NCBI GenBank assembly: GCA_973851085.1
Contig: OZ316775.1
Span: 2,542,001-2,606,000, forward strand
From: Ptychomitrium polyphyllum
Lineage: Eukaryota
DNA length: 64,000 nt
Direction of reading: 5' to 3'
Position numbers and translations under genes: made by a program. The number at the start of each line of letters is the position of its first letter. The first letter of the stretch is position 1. The notes beneath the pieces are model-generated. The model was not told the origin of the DNA. It did not search any database and saw only the letters and a list, made by a program, of their open reading frames with translations. Positions 13,101-22,062 of the stretch are shown piece after piece.

Positions 13101-16070
13101 ATTTACTTTTTGAGCTACGCGGACTGCCTTTTCTGTGGCATGACGAAATTATTCTATAGCGTGTGTTTGGCCTGTCAGTAACAACTTTTGATACTTTTCT
13201 TAGGTAAGCTCGACAAAGGGGCAGTCATGAAAGCTATTTGCTCCGGATTTCAAGAAACCACGGATCCACCAGTGTGTTTGAGTGAAGGTAAACGCATGGT
13301 TCTATCTTGTAAACTTTCCTTATTGTTGGACAGGACCCGATGTGGGTTAACCAATTCCATCTCGATCCCTGCATGGGAGGGAAGCAGTAGAGGTAACTGG
13401 TCCCATGATCATGCATTTTCATGTAGTGTTCAGCTTAGCCGTGTGGACCAACCCGCAGGAGCCAGGCTTAGCATTACCGTAGCTGGAACGCAGAGCAGTG
13501 CCTGGGAGATCCGGGGGACAGAGTAGGGGAGAGGCAGTGAGGCGATGGTAGCGGCACCCGAGGAAACAGTGCTACGCAAGCGTTCCCTTGGAGCTAGATG
13601 AGAGGCATGCTAGTGGGCAACGAGCTCTGCCGGCAGACAGGACACAATGAGCTGTGGGTTGGAGAGTGAGCTTCGGTGACATGGAGAGTGAGCTTCGGTG
13701 ACATGGAGAGTGAGCTTCGGTGACATGGAGAGTGAGCTTCGGTGACATGGAGAGTGAGCTTCGGTGACATGGAGAGTGAGCTTCGGTGACATGGAGAGTG
13801 AGCTTCGGTGACATGGAGAGCACCATCGCTGTGCGGAAGGCGCTGACACGAGAGGAGGTGAGGTCGAGCAGGGAGTGGTGGCATACGGCGCCGTAATTAG
13901 CGATGTGGGGATGGCAAGCCTGTTAGATATACGGCATACGGATGGCATCTGGCATCTGGCATCTGGCGGCGGCACATCCGGGCGAGGATCCGGGCGTACC
14001 GCGGCCCTCCGTTGTAGTCTAGATGGTTAGGATACTCGGCTCTCACCCGAGCGACCCGGGTTCGAGTCCCGGCAACGGAAGCTCCCGAGTGAAAAGTGAC
14101 TACTCCTTTTGCATCGTCCGCGTTTCCTTGTCCCCGTTTCCGACCCTACCCTTCCGCACGCTCTTGAAACGAGCTCCTCTCCGAAGACGCGTGCACTCTG
14201 AAATCATGACATCTAAAGTCGTTGGCTGAGTGCAGGTGTTGAGACCAATGAATGTCTGGAAAACAATGGCGGCTGCTGGGCGAACAAGAATGCAAATATT
14301 ACTGCCTGCAAAGTGAGAACCTGTAACGTCATACCAGAACTCATGTTTTCTAGGAGTCCACGTCTCCTAATTTAGCGGTTTGTCATCATTTTTGGGATTA
14401 TTTGATGATGATCATCAGAACAACTGTTTTGGAAGCTTATGCGTTCATTCTACCTTTCACAGGATACGTTTCGAGGTCGAGTTTGTGAATGTCCGTTGGT
14501 CGATGGTGTGCAATTTCAGGGTGATGGTTATACTACCTGTGAAGGTGAGCCAGGTTTAGCTTTTAGCGCTAATGGCAGTCTAGCTTGAAAGTATCCATTC
14601 TCAACTTTATGGTTGCTTTCATACCTCTTGTCTGTATATTTTGGTTTTATTTGTCCATTACATTGCGAGCAATTGTTGGCCGACATTCGATGCTTTTAAG
14701 TGTGGCAATACTATCTATTATAGAAGTCCTCGATATCTTTTTATCTGAATATTGTTGATTTGGTTTTGAAAATTTTGTTGATATGGTCTCGTGTAAGTGA
14801 CCAATTCTGGGGCATAAATATTTTGCACTCTGCTGCTCGTGTATTTGCACATTAAATTCAGTTCGAGTTTGTTTTGCTGCAGCCACTGGTATAGGCCGAT
14901 GTAAAGTCGATAATGCTGGTTGCTGGCAGGAGAAGAGGGGAGATGTTGCGTTCTCTGCTTGTCAGGTACGTTTCATACAGATGTTATTCACTGCTTCAGA
15001 AGGTTTCTTCTTGATATTGCAAGACAGCTTGCGCCTAGCAGTGGTTATGTAGATTTGTATTGTTAACCGTTTAGCAATATTTGGATCTTAATATTTGATG
15101 GCTTCCGATATTGTACTTGTATTTTACAGGATTTCCAACCCAAAGGGTGCCAGTGTCCCCAAGGATTCCGAGGAGACGGTATCAAAGAATGCATAGGTGA
15201 GTGATTGTCCTTACAATTATTAGGTGTCTACTTTTCTAGGACTTCATCTGCTTATTTCTTCATATGGCTCAATTCATGGCTATCTAGAAGCCAGGACTTT
15301 CAGCAACATTTCCGTAGTTGCAGTTTTCATCTGACACCAGAATTCAAATTGGCACTGTAATTATTAGTGATGTTTCTTTGTATTTGCAGACATTGACGAG
15401 TGTCACGAGAGAAGCAAATGTCAGTGTTCAGAGTGCAAGTGTACAAACAAGTGGGGTGGCTACGACTGTGAATGTTCTAATGATTTGCTGTATATTCATG
15501 AGCATGACACTTGCATAAGTAAGTCCTTCATTTGCATTGCATACCTAGTAGTCCAATTGACTCATGCTGCATATGTTTCGAAAATGATCGGAATTCTGCA
15601 TACTTTTGGATCCCTGTACTGCTTTAGACGCTGTCTTTAGTCTCCTGATAGGCATAATATTTTTCAGGTAAGAAGAGTCAACAATCGAAGATTGGGTTGG
15701 CGGTGTTTTTGGTTGTCTTGGTAGCAGTGGCATCACTCGCAGTGGGTGGCTATGTCGTCTACAAGTACAGGCTTCGGGTTTGAGCTCTTTCCATATCGAT
15801 GCATTCGTTGAAATCTTTTTATCTTACGCCATTAATGGTTATTTACTCTCAGTTGAGATGTTATACAGTCAATCTGGATTCTAGTATTATATACAAGATT
15901 TTATAATACAGATGCTTTGGGCTAATTTGATCTTGTTTCACTGACGGGCGTAACTGGCTGGTCTGGTGTAACAGTCTTACATGGACTCAGAGATAAGGGC
16001 GATTATGGCGCAGTACATGCCGCTTGACAGCGCTGGTGATATGAATCACCATTTGAACGAGGAGGCATAG
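10171..16070 (+). CDS. VSR: Vacuolar sorting receptor (BP-80/VSR family), ~626 aa, 13 exons
   Basis: Exons 10171-10474, 10714-11135, 11664-11931, 12307-12395, 12871-12940, 13204-13287, 14236-14312, 14463-14544, 14883-14965, 15130-15196, 15390-15518, 15668-15777, 15975-16070 (1881 nt). Signal peptide, PA domain ([33 protein letters not shown]), [10 protein letters not shown], three EGF repeats, TM helix and cytosolic YMPL motif. Confidence 0.95.
13661..13820 (+). repeat. 22-bp perfect tandem repeat (GGAGAGTGAGCTTCGGTGACAT) x7 plus 6 nt
   Basis: Counted directly: units start at 13661, 13683, 13705, 13727, 13749, 13771, 13793. Confidence 0.97.
14008..14080 (+). tRNA. trnE-CTC: tRNA-Glu (anticodon CTC)
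   Basis: TCCGTTG/CAACGGA acceptor stem, D-arm TAGTCTAGATGGTTAGGATA, anticodon arm CTCGG-CT-CTC-AC-CCGAG, T-arm CCGGG-TTCGAGT-CCCGG. Matches the plant cytosolic tRNA-Glu pattern. A T4 run follows ~26 nt downstream. Confidence 0.95.
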
Positions 16071-16886
16071 AGGCAAAATAGGTACAGTAGTTACTTGCTC
16101 CTTGTCCAACCGTATCTGGCAATTGTAAAGTTACTCGTTGACAGCCGTTTTAGACCCTTAGCTGTGAGTAACTGTGTTTTGCGAATTTCAAGCATTAAAA
16201 TAACCATATAAGAACTGTTTTTAGCGGCCGTCTATTTCTTACTGCTCTCTGCTAAGAAACTTGTTTGTGATTGGCTCTGCAGGCCGAGTCAACGAAGTTG
16301 AATAGTAATTGTTGACGATGCACATTTAAGAGTGCTGTTGAGGAGGGAACATCGTAATAGTACAATGCTGACTGCAAGGAAACGAGACGTCTACGAAACG
16401 TGTAAACAAGACAAGATCAACTTTGTTCCTAGCTGGTGGACTGTGTCGTTGTTATTCTCTTGTTAAGACTCGTAATGTAGGTTTTTGTCTGAGACGGTGC
16501 ACAGTAGTATTGTGATACTATTGCAGTTTACCTTTCTGTTGACATAGGTTCCTGGATCATGCGTAACCAGATTAGCCTTTGACGGGTTGACAAACATAAA
16601 CTTTGAGTTTAACATACAGTATTTGTTAACCATCAATTATCTCTATTCAAGTGTACATGAGTAAGTCTTGAGTTCTATTCACTATTCGTCAACTCAGCGA
16701 ATGTCTGGACCATCAACATTTTAACTTCTGTAAAGTTTTCTATTCTAAACACATGTGTTAAGTCTTCATGGTACACGCGTCTTCGGAGAGGAGCTCGTTT
16801 CTAGAGCGTGCGGAAGGGTAGGGTCGGAAACGGGGACAAGGAAACGCGGACGATGCAAAAGGAGTAGTCACTTTTCACTCGGGAGC

Positions 16887-16959
16887 TTCCGTTGCCGGGA
16901 CTCGAACCCGGGTCGCTCGGGTGAGAGCCGAGTATCCTAACCATCTAGACTACAACGGA
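16887..16959 (-). tRNA. trnE-CTC: tRNA-Glu (anticodon CTC), identical to 14008-14080
   Basis: Exact reverse complement of the tRNA at 14008-14080. Confidence 0.95.
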
Positions 16960-17146
16960 GGGCCGCGGTACGCCCGGATCCTCGCCCGGATGTGCCGCCG
17001 CCAGATGCCAGATGCCAGATGCCATCCGTATGCCGTATATCTAACAGGCTTGCCATCCCCACATCGCTAATTACGGCGCCGTATGCCACCACTCCCTGCT
17101 CGACCTCACCTCCTCTCGTGTCAGCGCCTTCCGCACAGCGATGGTG

Positions 17147-17328
17147 CTCTCCATGTCACCGAAGCTCACTCTCCATGTCACCGAAGCTCACTCTCCATGT
17201 CACCGAAGCTCACTCTCCATGTCACCGAAGCTCACTCTCCATGTCACCGAAGCTCACTCTCCATGTCACCGAAGCTCACTCTCCATGTCACCGAAGCTCA
17301 CTCTCCATGTCACCGAAGCTCACTCTCC
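17147..17328 (-). repeat. 22-bp perfect tandem repeat x8 plus 6 nt (same unit as 13661-13820, opposite strand)
   Basis: ATGTCACCGAAGCTCACTCTCC units start at 17153 and every 22 nt up to 17307. Confidence 0.97.
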
Positions 17329-17796
17329 AACCCACAGCTCATTGTGTCCTGTCTGCCGGCAGAGCTCGTTGCCCACTAGCATGCCTCTCATCTAGCTCCA
17401 AGGGAACGCTTGCGTAGCACTGTTTCCTCGGGTGCCGCTACCATCGCCTCACTGCCTCTCCCCTACTCTGTCCCCCGGATCTCCCAGGCACTGCTCTGCG
17501 TTCCAGCTACGGTAATGCTAAGCCTGGCTCCTGCGGGTTGGTCCACACGGCTAAGCTGAACAATACATGAAAATGTAGTTTTCCCAAAAGGCCTGTACTA
17601 CGGCCCTCGAGGTAGGACGTGACCTTGGGCTACAGCACTTGTACCTGATACGTAAGTCAGGCCTGGAGAAGTTGTGAAGTCACACTCTTAGATGGATTTT
17701 TATAGCCATAACGTGACTTCGAATTACACACCCTGCTCATTCCAACTGCAGGTATTCAGTGAATGCTCAACTGCTACAGCCGGTAGGTCTATAAAC

Positions 17797-17872
17797 GATT
17801 ACTCACTTCATTGATGATTACTCACTTCATTGATGGTTACTCACTTCATTGATGATTACTCACTTCATTGAT
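17797..17872. repeat. 19-bp tandem repeat (GATTACTCACTTCATTGAT) x4
   Basis: Four consecutive units, with one substitution in unit 3. Confidence 0.95.
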
Positions 17873-20800
17873 GTCGATGTAGTAATCTTTACGTAAGCCC
17901 TCGAAAGGACAAACTTTTTCGATGCCAATGAGCAAAATAGAGGTGGCTCATCGAGTTTCACGCGTGCTGCTCCTAATGGCGATGGATACTTGGATTTTAT
18001 GGACCACCTGGCTTCTTCTCTCTTAATCGACCTTTATCTGCTTGTGTCTCATTTGCTTCTGCACCGTCTGGTTTTCCTGTTCTCTCTTTCTCCTGGCTTT
18101 CCACAGCACTCTTGAGGTAGATGCCGCAGGACACTAACCTCTTCTTGTTGTTGCTTCCAAATGTATCAAACGTGCTGATATTGTCGCGAGACTCCTTAAT
18201 AACACAGCATGCTCCAGCAGCCCGGCCATTCTCTCGTCCAGTAACCATTTTTTAGCTAACCATCAAATAAGTGACCAAGTTTTCTAGCTTAAGGTAAGCT
18301 GCTCAAATTCTAGTTAGTGAAACTCTCCTGAGGTCCCCCAAGGAATGCTTCGACGGCTGGATGACCTGGTAGGTGTTCAGAAGGCTGATCCCGAGAAACT
18401 TTTGGCGCTGGTCCTAACTACTATAATGAAATTTAGTGCCAAGTTCCCCAATCTTGACCAAAGTCAGCATCAGCTTGACCAAATTCCTGAAAAGCTCTGA
18501 ACGGCACTGAGCTGATGTAGCTGAAGAACCAACTCAAACGCCTCATTCGCTATCAAGAAAGCTTCGTTTTGTGTGCCCTAGCTCCTGAAGGCTAAAGCTC
18601 GATAGCACCTGCCTATATTATTTACCCTCGCGCAGAAAACGATCCTTCTGCAAAATTGTAAGACAACATCTTCACATGCTGTCATACCATGGGCGTGCAC
18701 AGCAGCTGCAATGGATTTACGTACAAACTTGTTTCGCAGTCCGATTTACCATGGTGAGAGTGGTGCTCGTTGGAATCAAATTTCTGCAGTAGAAAGGTCT
18801 CGAATTCCTTAACACCAGTTTTTTTACAGATTTAGTTTATTTGCTGGATCTCCAGGTCCTTCTATTCATCATCCAGAAAGGACAGATAATTGAGATACCG
18901 GTCACGCTTTTGCCAACTTCTCTCATACTTGCGCTTATAGTGCGCCAACAACTGACCTAAGACCAAGTGAGTATGCAGGTCGTTCTCTTTCTACAGAAGC
19001 TCTGCCATATTCAGCAAACTCAATACCTCTGCATACTCTGAAACCCCTGATCCGAAAAAATGGTCGTTGGGTCTTCATTACGCAATATCAACTGGCACTG
19101 TTTTGGTTTTTGGCCAAACAAGCAGCATGACAGGGTGATAGAAATACTCAACGGTAGGGCCTTCGTTTCCTATGTGCCCTTCGTATTGCAGTTTAGGTGG
19201 ATCTTCTCCTTGGAGAAAAGGCCCTTCTTCATCCTTTCCTCCGGCTTAGTGTCGAGGTGCCTTAATATCGTAACGAACTTAAGAACAGTCCGTTGCGTTG
19301 GAAGTTTCCTCTTCCGGGAAACGTTTGGTTGTTCGGTGCTCGCTGAGTGACAAGGGTTGTACTGTGCATTTCCTCGTCTTACTTGTGTGTGCTGCGTTTG
19401 TGGAGCTCGTGCAGTCAAATGGCATAGCTGTAAAGTTTTTTGGTGTTTACATAAGTCTGAATTTTCCTGTGATGTTTTTTTGAAGGGCTGGTATCATGAG
19501 GGGTCTCATATGGAAGAAAAGGCGCATGTATTGCGTTCACGATTACTGTCGCCGTTGTGGCTCAGACAGCTTCTCTTCCTAGGACTAGGCACTGCATTCT
19601 TCTTTGTCATGTGGCTTGATTAAGTGCAGTCTTTGCCATAGCTAGGGCCCATTTCTTCGCCATATCACAGAATCCATTTCTAGTGTACCATACAAAGTTG
19701 ACTTGTTAGAAACGCATTGTTTCTTAAGTAGCCCGAGGCAGCTTGTAATGCTCATACTGATTTAGCTTGCGTGCAGGGGGACATACCACACTGACCCTGA
19801 GTATTGTCTGGGACAACTGAAGGTTTCGGTCCGTCATTGTACGCTAGCACTTGCTCTCCTTACACGGAACCTGATTGGGAGACACTGGCGTGACAGGAGC
19901 TAGCACTGGGCGTTCATGTCATACTTGATGAAGTCTTTGGTGAAAAGTGGCTTCAGCGCCTATATTTCATTGAGAAACGTACTTTGCAGAACTTCCAGCA
20001 CAACTTATGTGCAGGATGTACGTGAGTCTATTCTGGAGTCAATATGGTTCAGTTTCTGAGTTGATTTATAGTCTGTGATTCGGTAGTTCTTAAGAGATTG
20101 GCAGAGCATGCTTCTTTTCGTAAGGTACATGCTGAGACAGCTTGAACCTTTATGCATCGCCTGACAGTCTCCTCCTTGGCTAGGACACTGCATGTACTGG
20201 TGGGAGATGACCAGGATGTCGAGACTGGCTGTGACATAAACTGAGTTACGAAGTTCGTGCAATAAATTGGCAACTGAAATCAACAAGGTGTGATTGGGAG
20301 CTTGACCTACTCCTACAAAGTCTGACTTGAGGAAAGTGGAAAGGCGTTCCACAATTCTTAACTGCACCTTGTTCCTCTGAAATGAAAAGAGATTTAATAG
20401 CACATGGTTGAGATGTGGAGGTCCATGTTGCACAGCACGGATGTTTCATAATATGCCATATTATGCCTCGCTGTATTATTGAACATAATATGGAATTGAT
20501 TCTATTAAACAAGCAATGGGATGTGTGATGTACAACATGATTGTACAAACACCAGAGATTGTAGTTGCAATAGAAGCTGTTTGCAAGTTTTCCAACAATC
20601 TTAGATGTTTTCGTTGGGTTGCATGCAAATGAATAATAAGGTTTTTAAAGGAACAAAGAATATAGTGTTGTTTTACTTTGGTAATATAAGTATTAATAAA
20701 ATTTAGATCCTATATGGCATTGTGACCTAGATTGAAGAAGTGATGTTAATCAAGGGCATTCACCATTTACTACACATTCTTAGTAGGAAGACAAGCAATA

Positions 20801-22028
20801 AGATGAAACAATAAAAATAATCAATATTTGCTTTGTTATTTGTTGAGGGTGAATATATACTAGCCATAGAAGCTATTAAAGAAGTTATGTTATTGAAGAT
20901 GTTTAGAACTGAAACTAGTATTGTATAAATAAGAGTTTTATTGATAATCAAGAGAGTTTGGCACTCATGAAAAATCTAATTCACCTTGCAAGTACTACAA
21001 ACATAGACATTTTAACATTTAATCATAACACTTTATAAGAGAATATATTCTTGAAAGAAGTGTAAATTTTATTTGTTGTCTTACAAGACTTATGGTTGGA
21101 AGTTATTTGACCAAAAGAATTGTAAAAGTATAATTTGAAATGTGCAACTATGGAAGTAATTATTAGATTTAATTGAATCATAAATTTGAGGTTATTTTGG
21201 ATTTTTCATTGAAGTAGGATGGTTGAGATAAGAAAAAAAATTGTCACTATAATAGCTGATAGCTAAATAAATTGGAGTCTAAACTAGGTTGATTTAACTT
21301 GCATATGGCTAAGTTGACTTGTTATCAATTATAGCAAGTTAATTCATAGTTAAATTGAACCTTGCCAAGTTTAACACCAATTTGCATTTTTTATTAGTTG
21401 AAGCTAGGACTTATTACATACATGTGAAGGCAAATTGTACAAAAAACATCTCTTTGTTTGCAACAAACTCCAAATTGTGATTGTGTCCACTAAACTTCTT
21501 TTATATAGTAGAAATTTAGTAGAAATTTTTCTTTGTTTATTAACCATTTACTTTCTTTTCTTTTTAATGGTTTAGCTAAATGCCTTAAGAATTTCTCCAT
21601 GTTGTATCTATAATTTGTTTTGCAATTTATCCTTCACAAAATAAATTGCAAGAACTTCTTCAATATGTTTGTTTTTTATAATACATCAATTGGAACTAAT
21701 AATTGTTGCCTAGTAGTAACATCACAATTGTAACAATCCTAATTATTCTTATTTATGATTCTAATAATGTGGCAAAATATCAAGAATTGACCAAGAATGA
21801 AGTTCTGTGAGTATGTAATAAAGTATGAGGACTTTACAAGGGTCATGATGCAATAATATTTCATTCAAACAATAATTGACAATAGATATTGGCTACTTAT
21901 GTTATTGTTCTTTTTGTGGATAATGGTTTTGAACTTGAACATTGTTATAGCTTTATGAAGGCTCGAATGTTATCTTAGTTTCTTTTGTAAGAATTGTTAC
22001 TTAAAATATTTATTGAACAATTCTAGCC

Positions 22029-22062
22029 TTACGTGCATTTAGGTGTTACGTGCATTTAGGTG
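22029..22062. repeat. 17-bp tandem duplication (TTACGTGCATTTAGGTG) x2
   Basis: Seen directly. Confidence 0.9.

Larger units (their letters stand above)
13414..14193 (+). mobile_element. Putative non-autonomous element carrying tRNA-Glu and a 22-bp minisatellite, copy 1 (inside VSR intron 6)
   Basis: Reverse complement of 16774-17575 except for two substitutions seen (13424, 14165) and one repeat unit. GC-rich against the AT-rich intron. Removing it leaves a 168-bp intron, similar in size to neighbouring introns. Confidence 0.7.
16774..17575 (-). mobile_element. Putative non-autonomous element carrying tRNA-Glu and a 22-bp minisatellite, copy 2 (inverted, downstream of VSR)
   Basis: Near-identical inverted copy of 13414-14193, flanked by TA on both sides (GGTA|CACGCG...AAAATG|TAGT). 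Confidence 0.7.

Noticed and set aside
13661..13820. CRISPR-like array
   Set aside because: Units are head-to-tail with no spacers, there are no cas genes, and the context is eukaryotic. It is a minisatellite.
14008..14193. Classical tRNA-derived SINE
   Set aside because: Shared homology extends ~595 bp upstream of the tRNA, the tRNA is intact, and there is no poly(A)/poly(T) tail or clear long TSD.
13572..17417. Repetitive ORFs ([22 protein letters not shown]...) in both element copies
   Set aside because: They result from a 22-bp unit with no stop codon on that strand. Frames differ between the copies (7 vs 8 units) and no domain is recognisable.
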